A stretch of 64,000 nt of DNA from the human T2T-CHM13v2.0 reference genome, Homo sapiens: the NCBI RefSeq assembly GCF_009914755.1, contig NC_060927.1; one strand, given 5' to 3'. The number at the start of each line of letters is the position of its first letter. Positions within the stretch are counted from its first letter, which is position 1. This document shows, one piece after another, positions 1 to 14,472 of this stretch. Both the position numbers and the translations under genes were made by a program. The notes below the pieces were generated by a model. It saw nothing but the letters and a program-made list of their open reading frames with translations. It searched no databases and was not told the origin of the DNA.

Positions 1-1241
<1,241 letters not shown>

Positions 1242-1639
1242 TAAAATAAATTGTGTAGTTTTTTTTATTTATTTAGTAAATCTGGTCACTGCATCTTTTT
1301 CCCTATTATTGTAATAAAACTGTGAAGTTTTGTGAATTAAAAATGACACTGTATTTGTAATATCAGAATGCCTTGATAATAAGGTTATAGAGGTTTCCTA
1401 ATGATATAATGACCTAACATAATTTTGAGTTCATTTGCCTAAGCTCACAGGACTAATAACAAAACAAAAAAACTTATCAAGGTAAAGAAATTGATTGCGT
1501 AAGCTTAACAGTAATAATTGTGCTTGCGTTAGCTAGTGAATTATGTGATAACACTTATTCTAAAAGCTAAAAGCATGTATTGGCTATAAATTTTGATAAT
1601 AGTACAAACATTTTAAATAACAAATATTCTAAAATATAG

Positions 1640-2038
1640 TGTGATGGGCTGAATTGTGTCCCCCTCCCCAAATTCATATACTGAAATGTTAAAGTCCTAA
1701 TCTCCAGTACCTCCTACAGTAATTATATTTGGAGATAAGGTTTTTAAAGAGGTCATCAGGGTAGCCCCTAATCCAATCTGACTGGTGTCATAAGAAGAAG
1801 AAATCTGTACACAGACACCTACGGACACCATGTGAATACACAGGGAAAAGGCAGCCACCTGCAAGCCAAGGAGAGAGACCTGGAACAGATCCTTCCTTCA
1901 CTGTCGGAGAAGGAACCAATCCTGTTGACACCTTGATCTCAGATTTCTAGTCTCTGGAGCTGTGAGAAAATAAATTTCTGTTGTTTAAGCACTCAATCTG
2001 TGGTACTTTCTTTCAGAAGCCCTAGCAAATTAATAAAT
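1640..2038 (+). mobile_element. MaLR solo LTR (MLT1B-like)
   Basis: TGTGATGGGCTGAATTGTGTCCCC start; TGTGAGAAAATAAATTTCTGTTGTTTAAGC..GCCCTAGCAAATTAATA end. Confidence 0.8.
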
Positions 2039-5000
2039 GTAGTAAACCCCATATATATTGCACAATATTATTCAGTTACTTTAAAAGATTTGCATGTTAA
2101 AATTAAGTTAGGCTTTAAAATCAAAGTCCAAAACAGAAACAGCATTCCTAGAAAAGGAAATTGCTTAATATTTTCTTGCTGATAATGTATGCTGAACATT
2201 GAGTAGCAGGTATGAGTAAAATATTTCCTATTCTAGCAAATGAATATCACTTTATGTAATTGATATTTTTTAAAATGAAGTTTTTATAGATGAAATTTTC
2301 TTAAACAAGAGCATACTTATTTTAATAAAATTTCGGGAAAAATATTTTTACCAAGGAAAAATACTTATCAGGCGAATTCCACTCCCAACACAACTGTTGA
2401 CTGAATAGTTGTTGAACTTTTAAAATTCAAATCTAGAATTAGGCTTAGAAATGTAGTCCACATTTTTCACAAAATTTATGAAATTAGGGATAGAATTGAT
2501 CAATTATTTTATTCAATTAAAAATGTTTCTTTTGGATATGTGTTTTAACTGCCTATCCTACTCTGACATTTAAAAATGTGGAGCTCAAAATGCCTGCCTC
2601 TGAAATGAAGGCTGAGATAAACACATATTCAGGATCTTCAACTAGTGGTATATTAAAAACGATTTAGAAGCTTTGCTCAGCAATGCCTTTACTAATTTAT
2701 TAGGCATTTATTGAGCTCTTGTTAATCCTAAGACATCATGGTAGAAATTATGGGGGAAATAGAAATGAATAAGATACTATCTATGGCCTGAAATAACTTA
2801 TAGTCCAATAGTAGGTCACATGTATGCATGTGATCAGTGCAATACAAATGATGTAAATTGCTGTGAGTTCCAGGAAGATGAAGATCACATCCAGATCAGG
2901 TCCAAAAAGATTTCTGCACAGAGGTAACATTTGAGCCATGATAGCTGAATATATGAGGATAGGAGGACCTTCTTCATGGGATGGTGCTGAGACAGGAAAG
3001 GTTCAAGGTGGATACAATGACCAGTATAGGTTGACCTTGTGGGGATCTTAATTTCTGAACCCCAAATCGGGACACATGTCTTACAAGTATGGAATTGTAT
3101 AATGGCAAGGGTAGAATTGAATCTTTGACCCAGGATTGCCATAGGCAAAGGAGTGTTTATTTTGCAAAAGGTAAGTTAATTCATCTCCATTGAGTTTACT
3201 TTTTCCTAACTCCATGTTAGTAATGTTATAGCTTCTGTTAGTTTTGAAATCTTGATGTACTTTTCCATGTCTTAGAATATATTTTACAAATAAATTTGTA
3301 TTGCAGATTTTTATTCTTTAAATGTTAGATAGAAAGTCACATTGACATGAGTAGTTATTTTAGAGTATAGTGTATGCTAACAGAGCCTGCTAACCTGAGC
3401 AGTGTCATTTTGGCATATGATAAATAGGTGACACCACGTGTGTGGTGCTGTGCAGTGTCATTTTGACTTAAACATAGATATCGTTTTGGTATGTTATAGT
3501 TTATTCAGCCTTAAGAAGCCACCTTTTTGGCTACAAAAATACCCAGAAAGACTTTTTAGGTACGTAGGGAAACTGTAACCTCCTTATTTTCTTTAACTCC
3601 ATTCTTTTAAAAATTTTATGTACTGTGTGTTAGTAGTTTTCCTCACACAAATTGGGGCATAGTCATAAGTTTTTAGCAGCATATAGCTATTTTGAGGAAA
3701 AAAAAAAATCCCACATAAAATAATCATTAGACTATATTAGAATCCCACTTATTTGGTTCCTGCAATTTATTTCTCTAGGTTTTCCATTTTGAGCAGAAAC
3801 TAAACATAGAGAAAGTGCCAGACCCCTTGTGCTTATTCCCCAGGTCTATCACAAATGCCACTTTTTCTCCCAGACATGCTTTCTACCCCATTTTGCTTTT
3901 CTCTCCTTGTACTACATTCGTGATCCTCCTCATCACGATCCCTTAAAACATGCTCTTTTTTCCTGTGCTCTGTTCTAGCTCTCTGCTTTACTTCTCCTAT
4001 AACCATTTGCTGGCCAAATTACCTCTACTGCATGTCTGTCCTATGTATCTCTACTTGTGGTCTTCACTGGCCCACATGGTTGCTGTTTCTGCTGTGGTGG
4101 CACCAAGAGCAATAAACGAAACCAACCACTTTTGACATCTCGTCACATGTTGAACCTATCACATAGTCCAGGATGGGCTAACCAAAGAAGGGAATTCCAA
4201 GTGAAATGTCTGAAAAAGCAGACTGTCCAAATTTTCATCTAAATCACATGCTCATCAATTCAATTAATTGTGGTTGTACAAATTTCATAGCATTTATTTT
4301 ATCTTTGTTGAGTGTGTGTTCATGTGTTTTAATGATAGTTTAAGGCAATAGTGCAGAAAAGACTGATGAACAGGGAGCTTATTAATTATTCTGAAGGATA
4401 ATATGCTCCATGCATTTCTCATGAAATTGTATAAAATTAGCATATTTAAATCTAAGTAGAGCTATAAAGATTTTTATTAAACAATCTAAATAGAATAATG
4501 ACATGATTATTATGAATTCTGGTCTTATTGGGGGGGATACAGTACTATTAAAATCATTAAGATATTATTAACTAATGCTTTCTTCCCCTAAATTTATTAG
4601 TTTTAGACACTACATCCTTCTGTCCACTCTACTCCTAAAATCTTTCTTCATAATTTGTAGAGAATGTATTCTAGTTAACCCCTTAGAAATGCCACCCAAC
4701 CAGCTCATGCTAGAACATTTAAATTTACTTTTCTGAATCATGTTGCTTAAAAAAAAGATCATTTCAATAAAACCTATAACATTACACAGATATTATTCAT
4801 TTATGTAAGTATTTAAAAAGCAGGCTGTATTACCACTTAATACAATTTAAAAGCTAAAAAAAATACTGTTAAAAGATTTCATGCATCATGTAGCAATAAA
4901 ACTTTTTTTATCGTTTTCAGACTGACTACTGAATTTAAATTTAACTTTTTAGTTAGATGTCATTATAATCTCAGAAATGTCATCTTGCCTTTCAACTATT

Positions 5001-5088
5001 AATTTTCTAAAAGAAACTAATCAATCTTTAGAGAAATGTTTTATGATTCAATTATTGGCTATTTGTAAACTTTGAATTCTTCTTACAG

Positions 5089-5274
5089 AAATAGACATAC
5101 TGAATAAAAGTTTGACAGTATCCCAGAGAAATAAAGTATGCCTTGAAAAGGAAATGAAAAATCTGAAATTGTTGTCAGATGCAGCCATATTGAGATCTCA
5201 GCAGATTCGGACATCTAGACAACAGGAAGTAAACTTGCAAACCAGATGCTATGATTTGCAAAAAGAAGTACTAG
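5089..5274 (+). CDS. LEKR1: Internal coding exon of a coiled-coil protein (LEKR1), 186 bp, phase 1-1: (E)IDILNKSLTVSQRNKVCLEKEMKNLKLLSDAAILRSQQIRTSRQQEVNLQTRCYDLQKEVL(D)
   Basis: Acceptor ttcttcttacag|AA at 5088/5089 and donor CTAG|gtaaag at 5274/5275. Open frame (ORF track 5112..5309) that joins in frame with the exon at 41759. Peptide matches my recollection of human LEKR1. Confidence 0.88.
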
Positions 5275-5939
5275 GTAAAGAAAAGTCTTTTGCTGTTTTT
5301 GGTGACTAGTTATATAAGTACATGAATAAATGTTTACATTTTTACTTATAATTACAACAAAATCTTGTTTTAATTATTTTGAGTTGCAAATATGCCTAAT
5401 TATTAGTATCACTATGGTGATAACTGTGTCTGTGGTCAATACTTGCTGTCATCATTTCCAGTTTTGCCATTTAGTGTGGTAAGACTTAAGTGAATATATA
5501 AAAGACATTTCAACTGCAACGTAAGATTTCAGAAAAATAAGGTGAAATTTACTTTGGTATATCTGTGCTCTTCTATGTTTCCTTGTAAAGGTGAATCCAG
5601 AATTGCAGGCAGTCCTTCATTTTTCCAAATGAAAAAATTTAAAGTGTTTGAAGCATCTTGGGCAAGGTTTTAAAGTTTGTCTCCACCTCAGAGGAATGAG
5701 TGTCTTGACAGTAAATGTAAAGAGTTTGTAATTTTCCCTGAAGATAGTAAGGGATCAATAAAATAGGTAATCAGAAGAATGATATCACAAAAGCAGAATT
5801 TTAGACAAATTAATCTGTTAGTAATGAATAGAGGTGTTTCAAACATCAAGACACTGGAGTCAAGTAGCCATTTTGAAAATATCTTTGCCAGTATCCCAAT
5901 CCCAAGACTAACCATAAGAAGCTGAAGTAGGGAAGGGAA

Positions 5940-6150
5940 CTCACATTTTTTTAAGTCCTAAGTGTGCTAGACACTTTATGTGAATTATTTCTATCTGTTC
6001 TCATAACGACCATGAAAAGCTGGTATAATTATCCTATCTTACAGAGGAGAGAACCAAGGCCCACAAAGTATCATGACTGGTACTACGTTCCTAGTAAATG
6101 GCAGAGAGTAAAAGCAAAACCGGTTGGACTTCAATGCTCATGCTTGTCCC
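5940..6150 (-). mobile_element. MIR fragment
   Basis: TATCCTATCTTACAGAGGAGAGAACCAAGGCCCAC resembles the reverse MIR core. Confidence 0.55.
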
Positions 6151-6821
6151 ACTGTGTCTATTTAGGCTTCTCCGTGGCCCAGTGGGAAGGGTGAGATAGA
6201 ATCAGGGTTGAGGTGACTACCTAAGACCAGGGAGATGAACATCTGTCTGAGTAAACACAGAAGAGAAGGAAGTCAGAAAGGGCTCTGAACCTCCTGTGTT
6301 TGGGAGTCTTTAATGATGGGAGCATACCACAGACTACAGAAATCTGGAGAGAAGCTAGTGTTGAAAGAGAAGATAACAAGTCATCATATTAACTTTATAG
6401 CAGTATGCAACAGATAAAAATTTTAAAATCAGATAAAATTTAAAATAATCATATATTTTTATTTTCTTTCCTGAGAACTACCTACTCATAGATTCTGGAA
6501 ATTTTCTATTGCATTATTGGAATTTTTCTTGATAATTTTATAGCAAATTTTATACAGTATAAATATTATATTCTACATTCGATTTTTTTCAAATGCATAA
6601 TTTATCTATTGACTTTTTATGGTAAATTTTACCATATCGAAGTTTTTTGTTTTGGTATAATCAATAATTATCTTTTATTGTTTCTGGGTAGTCTTATTAA
6701 AGTAGTCCCATTCCTAGATAGTACATACAGTATCCTGGGTTTTGTTTCCCAAGTGAGTCATTAATACATATAGAATTTATTTTGATTTTATTTAAAAAAT
6801 CTAGTCAGCTATTTGAAATTT

Positions 6822-9800
6822 TTTGTTTTTAATTTTTGTGGGTACATAGTAGGGGTATATATTTATAGGATACATGAGATATTTTGGTACAGGCATACAA
6901 TGTATAATAATTATGTCACGGTAAATGAGGTGTCCTGCCTCAAGCATTTGTCCTTTCTTTGTTTTACATACAATTAATTTATACTCTTTTAGTTATTTTT
7001 AAATGTACAATATTATTGTTGACTGTGGTTACCCTGTTGTGTTATCAAATACTAGCTTTTATTCATCCTGTCTAACCATATATTTGTACCCATTAACCAT
7101 CCCCACTTTCCATCCCCTCAACCCTGCCCCATCACCCTTCCCACACTCTGGTAACCACCATTCTATTCTCTATTGCCAGAAGTTCAACTGTTTTAATTTT
7201 TTGTAGTTTCTACAAATAAATATGCAAAATTTGTCTTTCTCTGGCTGGCTTATTTCATTTAACATAATGACCCCCAGTTTCATCTGTGTTGTTGCAAATG
7301 ATTGTATCTCATTCTTTTTATGGCTGAATAGTATTCCATTGTGTATATTTACCCCATTTTCTTTATGTGTTCATTTGTTGATGGACATTTGGGTTACTTC
7401 CAAATCTTGGCTATTGTGAATAGTGCTGCAATAAACATGGGAGTGTAGATATCTCTTCAATATACTGATTTCCTTTCTTTCAGTATTATAACTACCAGTG
7501 AGATTCCTGGACCATATGGTAGTTCTATGTCTAGTTTTTTGAGGAACCTCCAAAGTGTTCTCCATATTGATTATACTAATTTATATTACCACCAACAGTG
7601 TTCAAGGGTTCGCTTTTCTCTATAACTTTGCCAGAATTTCTATTTTCTGTCATTTGGATAAAAACCATTTTAACTGAGGTGAGATTATATCTCAGTATAG
7701 TTTTGATTTGCATTTCTCTGATGATCAGTGATGTTGAACACCTTTCCATATACCTGTTTGCCATTTGTTTGTCTGCTTTTGAGAAATGTCTATTTAGATC
7801 TTTTGCCCATTTGTTTAAATCAGGTTATTAAATTTTTTCCTATAGAGTTGTTTGAGCTGCTTGTGTATTCTGGTTATTAATCCCTTGTCAGATGGATAGT
7901 TTGCAAATATTTTCTCCCATTCTGTGGGTTGTCTCTTGACTTTGTTGATGGTTTCCTTTGCTGTGCAGGAGGTTTTTAACTTGATGTGATCCCTGCAGAA
8001 TGTTTTTAACTTGATATGATCCCATTTGTCCATTTTTGCTTTGGCTGCCTGCGCTTGTGGGGTATTACTCAAGAAACTTTTGCCTAGTCCAATGTCCTGG
8101 AGGGTTTCCCTAATGTTTTCTTTTAGTAGTTTCATAGTTTGAGGTCTTAGATTTAAATATTTAATCCATTGTGATTTGATTCTTGTATATGGTGAGAGAT
8201 AGGGATCTAGTTTTATTCATCTGCATATGGATATCCTGTTTTCCCAGGAGCATTTACTGAAGAGACTGTCCTCCCCCAACCTATGTTCTTGGCACTCTTG
8301 TCAAAAATTAGTTCACTGTAGATGCATGAAATTGTTTGTATGTTTTCTGTTCTGTTCCATTGGTCTCTGTGTCTGTTTTTATGTCAGCACCCAGTTGTTT
8401 TGTTTACTATAGCTCTGTAGTATAATTTGAAGTCAGGTAATGTGATTTCTCCAGTTTTGTTATTTTTGTTCAGTATAGCTTTGACTATTCTGGGTCTTTT
8501 GTGATTCCATCTAAATTTTAGGATTATTTTTGTTATTTCTGTGAAGAATGACATTGGTATTTTGATAGTGATTGCATTGTATCTGTAGATTGCTTTGGGT
8601 AGTATGGACATTTTAATAATATTGATTTTTCCAATCTATGAACTTGGAATATCTTTCCATTTTTTTGTTTCCTTTTCAATTTCTTTCATCAATGTTTTCA
8701 TTTTGGAGAACTTTTACTTCTTTGGTTAGGTTTATTCCTAGATATTTTATTTTATTTGTAATTATTGTAAATAGGATGATTTTCTTGATTTCTTTTTCAG
8801 ATTGTTCACTGTTGTCATATAGAAATGCTGCTGATTTTTGTATGTTGATTCTGTATCCTGCAACTTTACTGAATTAGTTTATCAGTTCTAATAGTTTTTA
8901 TGGAGTCTTTAGGTTTTTCTAAATATAAGATTATATCATCTGCAAACAAGGATAATTTGACTTCTTCCTTTCCAATTTGGATGCCTTTTATTTCCTTATC
9001 TTGTCTGATTGCTCTAGCTAGGATTTTCAGCACTGTGTTGAATAATGGTGGTGAAAGTGGGCATCCTTGTTGTGTTCCAGACTTAGAGGAAAGGCTTTTA
9101 ATTTTTCCCTGCTCAGTATGATACTAAATGTGGACCTCTTATATATGGCTTTTATTATGTTGAGATATGTTCCTTCTATACCCAGTTTTTTCAGGGTTCT
9201 TATCACGATGGCATGTTGAATTATATCAAACGTTTTTTCAGAATCAACTGAAACGATCCTATGATTTTTGTCCTTCATTCTGTTAATATAATGTATCACA
9301 CTGATTTGCATATGTTGGACCATCCTTGCTTCCCTTTTATTATTGGCCTGTTCAGGTTTTGGATTTCTTCATTGGTCAGTCTTGGTAGATTGTATATATC
9401 TAGGAATTTATTCATTTCTTCTAGGTTTTCAAATTTATTGGCATATAGTTGCTCATAGTAGCCTCTAATGATAAACAATATGTTCCTGAATAGCCAGTGG
9501 GAATTTCTGCAGTATCAGTTGTAATGTCTCCTTTTTCATGTCTGATTGTATTTATCTGGGTCTTCTCTTTTTTTTTCTTTATTAGTTGGGTTAAAGGTTT
9601 GTTAATTTTATCTTTTCAGGAGACCAACTTTTCATTTTGTTGATCTTTTGTATTGTTTTCTTCAGTCTCAATTTCATTTATTTTTGCTCTGATCTTTATT
9701 TCTTTTCTTCTAATTTTGGACTTGGTTTTCTCTTGCTTTAAGATGCATTGTTATGTTGATTTGAAGCTTTCTACTTTTTTGATGTAAGTGCTTATTGCTA

Positions 9801-9855
9801 TAGACTTTCTTCTTGTACTGCTTTTGCTGGATCCCATAGGTTTTGCTATGTTGGT
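6822..9855 (-). mobile_element. 5'-truncated L1MA-type LINE-1 with an internal deletion (~9330) and a 30-bp tandem duplication (~7963-8022)
   Basis: TTTTGTGGGTACATAGTAGG..GATACATGAGATATTTTG 3' end. Minus-strand ORF2 fragments ([44 protein letters not shown]). Confidence 0.9.
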
Positions 9856-9974
9856 GCAAGATATAGTGGTCCAGATTTACTCTTTTCCAATTGTATCAGT
9901 ATTATGTATTAAATAATTTATCCTTTTCTCACTACATAGAACTACTATCTGTTGTATGTTAAAATTTTAATATA

Positions 9975-10273
9975 TACAGATGCTCCTTTACTTACAGTGG
10001 GGTTATGTCCCAATAAACCCATCCTAACTTGAAAATATTGTAAGTAAAAAAATGCATTTAATGCTGGCAACACAGCAGATGATCCCACCTTACCATGATT
10101 CAACTTACAAATTTTTGACTTTACTGTGGCATTAAAGCAATATGCATTCAATAGAAACCAGAACCCCGTCGTAATTGGTAAGGAGCCTCTCAACTCATGA
10201 TGGGGTTACATCCTGACAAACCCATCATAAAGTCAAAAAATCATATTGAACCATAAGTCAGGAACTGTCTGTA
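9975..10273. mobile_element. Tigger-family MITE (MER47-like)
   Basis: TA-CAGATGCTCCT..ACTTAC start, GTCAGGAACTGTCTG-TA end, internal repeats of ATGGGGTTA..CCCAATAAACCCATC. Confidence 0.7.
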
Positions 10274-11117
10274 CTAGCAACTATTACTATATTCTGTCTT
10301 CTGTTCCACTAATTTATTTGACGCACCATTAATATTACATTGATTTGAATATGACTTATTAGCATATTCTTTCAGGTGCTAAGCCCTTTCTGTCTCCACC
10401 ATTCTTACTTTTTAAATACATATTTGCAGACAGTTAGTCTTTCATTTTAACTTTAATATAATTTTATTTACCTCTAATCCACAGGCTCCAAGAATTACCT
10501 AGTAAAAGTTTTTCTCTCTCTACTCATTACATCTTTCCCACATATTCAAAGGAAGTTATTCTTCCACATAAACTTTAAGATGATTTCATTCACCTCTAAT
10601 GCCAACAAGGATTCTAATTTGAATTGCATTATATTTATAAACTAAGTTTTAGAAAATTAAAAATTTTGGTAATATTGTCTTTTGAATATTGTAAGTCTTT
10701 TCATTCAAAAATATGGTATGCTCTTTCATTTTTAATGCTATTATATGTTCTTTAATAAGATGTAATAGTTTTACTTAAATATGTTTCTTTGCCATTCTTG
10801 TTAAATTTGTTACTGTCAGTTTTGCCTCTACCATAAATAGACTATTTTTCCTATTTCAATTTTTGTTGATAGAGTAGACAAAAGCTATTTATTTTTATAT
10901 ATTTGTTTTATATCCATGCACCTCACAAAATTCTCATATTAATTCTACAGTAGACATTTTTTATTAGTGACTCTTGGGCCTACAACTTCCCAAAAGAGTT
11001 CATCTATTTTTTCCCAGTGTTTATATCTGTTATTTTATTTTCTTGTCTCCTTCATATCTTATTAAATTCATCTGAAGCTCTGACACTCTGTTAAATAATA
11101 ATGCTGACAGTGAACGT

Positions 11118-12110
11118 TCAATCTGTCATTGATGGGCACTTAGGTTGATTCCATGTCTTTGCTATTGTGAATAGTGCTGCTATAAACATTTGCATGCATG
11201 TGTCTTTGTGGTAGAATGCTTTATATTCCTCTGGGTATATACCCAATTATGGGATTACTGGGTCAAATGGTAGTTCTGCTTTTAGCTCCTTGAGGAATTG
11301 CCATATGGCTTTCCACAATGTTGAACTAATTTACACTCCCAGCAAGTGTATAAGTGTGTCCTTTTCTCTGCAACCTCACCAGCATCTGTTACTTTTTGAC
11401 TTTTTAATAATAGCCATTCTGACTGGTGTGAGGTGATATCTCATTGGCACTTGATTTGCATTTCTGTAATAATCAGTGATAGTGAACTTTTTTTTCCTAT
11501 TTGGCCTCATGTATGTCTTCTTTTGAGAAGTGTCTGTTCATGATCTTTGCCCACTTTTTAATGGGCTTGTTTGGGTTTTTTTCTTGTAAATTTAGGGTAC
11601 TTTTAGATCCTTGATAATAGACCTTTGTCTGCTGCATACTTTGCAAATTTTGTCTCCCATTCTGTAAGTTGTCTGTTTACTCTGTCGATAGTTTCTTTTG
11701 GTGTGCAGAAGTTCTTAAGTTTAATTAGATCCTATTTGTCAGTTTTTGCCTTTGTTGCAATTGCTTATGGTGTCTTTGTTACTAAATCTTTGCCCATTCC
11801 TATGTCCAGAATGGTAATTCCCTAGGTTGTCTTCCAGGGTTTTTATAGTTTTGGGTTTTACATTCAAGTCTTTAATACATCTTGAGTTGATTTCTATATA
11901 TGGTATAAGGAAGGGGTCTAGTTTCAGTATTCTGCATATGGCTAGCCAGTTATCCCAGCACCGTTTACTGAATAGGGAGTCTTTTTCCATTGCTTGTTTT
12001 TGTCAGCTTTATCAAAGATCAGATTGTTGTAGGTTTGCGTTTTTATTTCTGTGCTCTCTATTCTGGTCCATTGGTCTGTGTGCCTGTTTTCGTACCAGTA
12101 CCATGCTGTT
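11118..12110 (-). mobile_element. Older primate L1P ORF2 segment (part 1), lacking a 3'UTR
   Basis: Minus-strand ORF2 peptide [25 protein letters not shown]; ends at ACCATGCTGTT. Confidence 0.85.
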
Positions 12111-12240
12111 CTTTTGGCTTCAATATTTACTAGCTGTGTTATTTTGCATAAGTTAAACTCCTCTGGGCCTTAGTTTCTTTATTTACAAAATGGGTATAAT
12201 AACAGTCCCGACCTTCTAGGGTTTTCACAAGGATTTTACA
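12111..12240 (+). mobile_element. MIR core fragment
   Basis: TTACTAGCTGTGTTATTTTGCATAAGTTAAACTCCTCTGGGCCTTAGTTTCTTTATTTACAAAATGGGTATAATAACAG. Confidence 0.75.
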
Positions 12241-12782
12241 AGAATTCTCAAGTAGAGAATTGTATTTTACTTCATATTTCAAAGGAACATTTAGTAAGAC
12301 TTGATCACATACTCAGCATAAAGAAAAGCTGTTTGTTTCAGTTTACTCACATTTAGTTAAAAATTGCTACATCAGTTTTCATAATAGAAATAGGCCTTTA
12401 TTTCTTTATTTTAATATCTTTGTCAGATTGTGGTTACAGGTCACTATGGCCTTGTAGAATGAGTTGGGAAATATACTTTAATTTTTGGCTCTTTCTAAAA
12501 CATTGTATAAAATTAAGATTCTCTGTTTCTTGAAAGTTTGGTAGAATTTGCTTAGAAAACCATCTGGCCATATCTTTGTGGGAAGACACTGCTTCAATTT
12601 ATTTAATAGTTACAGAACCTTTTGATTTTGTTGAGTCAATCTTAGTAACATATATTTTTGTATTAATATATCCATTTCACCCAAGATTTCAAAGCTGTTG
12701 GCATGAGGTTGTTCAGAGCATTATTTTCTTATTATTTCTTCTTCTTTATTTGTAGTTACTGCCCCTTTTTCATTTCTTATAT

Positions 12783-14472
12783 TGTTTTGATTACTACAGC
12801 CTGGTAGTATAGTTTGAAGTTGGATAATGTGATGCCTGCAGCTTTGTTCTTTTTGCTTAGGATTTCCTTGGCTATTCTGGCTCTTTTTTGATTCCATATG
12901 AATTTTTAAATAATTTTTTCTAGTTTTATGAAAAATGTCATTGATAGTTTGATAGGAATAGCATTGAATCTGTAAATTGCTTTGGGCAGTATGGCCATTT
13001 TACTGATATTGATTCTTCCAATCCATGAGCATGGGATGTTCTTCTATTTCTTTTTGTCATCTCTAATTTCTTTGGGCAGTTTGTAATTCTCATTGTAGAG
13101 ACCTTTCATCTTCCTAGTTAGCTGTATTCCTATGTATTTTATTCCTAGGAATTTTGTGTGTGTGTGTGTATGTGTGTGTGAGTATGTAAATTGTAAATGG
13201 GATTGTGTTCCTGATATGGCTTTTGGCTTGGCTGTTGTTGGTGTATAGGAATGCTAGTGATTGTACATTGATTTTGTATCCTGAAACTTTGCTAAAGCTG
13301 TTTATCAACTCAAGGAACTTTTGTGTCAAGACTGAGGAGTTTTCTGGATATAGAAACATGTCATCTGCAAACAGAGATGGTTTGAGTTCTTCTTAACCTA
13401 TTTGAATGCCTTTTATTTCTTTCTCTTGCCTGATTGCTCTGGCTTAGGACTTCCAATGCTATATCGAGTAGGAGTGGTGAAAGAGGGCATCCTTGTCTTG
13501 TTCTGGTTTTCAAGGGAATACTTCCAGCTTTTGCCCATTCAATATGATGTTGGTTTTGGGTTTGGCCTAGACAGCTCTTATTTTGAGGTCTATTCCTTCA
13601 ATACTTAGTTTATTGAAAGTTTTTCACATAAAGGGAGGTTGAATTTTATCAAAAGCCTTTTCTGCATCTATTGAGATAATCATGTGGTTTTTTTCTTTAG
13701 TTCTATTTATGTGATTAATCACATTTATTGATTTGCATATGTTGAACCAGCCTTGCATCACAAGGATGAAGCCTACTTTATCACGACGTGTTAGCTTCTT
13801 GATGTGCTGCTGAATTTGGTTTGCAAGTATTTTGTTAAGGATTTTTGCATTGATGTTCATCATGGATATTGGCCTGAATTTTTTTGTGTGTGTGTCTCTG
13901 CCAGGTCTTGGTATCAGGATGATGCTGACCTCATAAAATGAGTTGGGAAGTTCTTCCTCCTCGATTCTTTGGAATAGTTTCACTACGAATGGTTCCACTT
14001 CTTCTTTGTACCTCTGGTAGAATTCAGCTGTGAATCCATCAGCTCCTGGGGTTTTTTTTTGGTTGGTAGACTGTTTATTACTGATTTAATTTCTGATGTT
14101 GTTATTGGTCTGTTCTGGGAATCAATTTGTTCCTGGTTCAGTATTAGGAGGGTGTATGTGTCCAGGTATGTATGCATCTCTTCTAGGTTTTCTAGTTTGT
14201 GTGCATAGAGGTATTTGTAGTAGTTTCTGATGGTTGTTTTTATTTCTATGGGGTTAGTGGTAACATTTTCTTCTTCATTTCTAATTGGGTTTATTTGGAT
14301 CTTCTCTCTTCCTTATTAGTCTAGCTAGTGGCCTATCTTATTAACTTTTTCGAAAAACCTACTTCTGGATTCATTGATCTTTTGAATGTTTTTGTGTGTC
14401 TTTATTTCCTTCCATTCAGCTCTGATTTTGGTTATTTCTTGTATTTTGCTAGCTTTGGGGTTGATTTGCTCT
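12783..14472 (-). mobile_element. Older primate L1P ORF2 segment (part 2), colinear with 11118-12110
   Basis: Resumes at TGTTTTGATTACTACAGCCTGGTAGTATAGTTTGAAG; RT peptide [28 protein letters not shown]. Confidence 0.85.

Noticed and set aside
7815-8135. Repeated peptide DHIKLKT in a 106-aa ORF
   Set aside because: A 30-bp tandem duplication inside a dead L1 ORF2 fragment.
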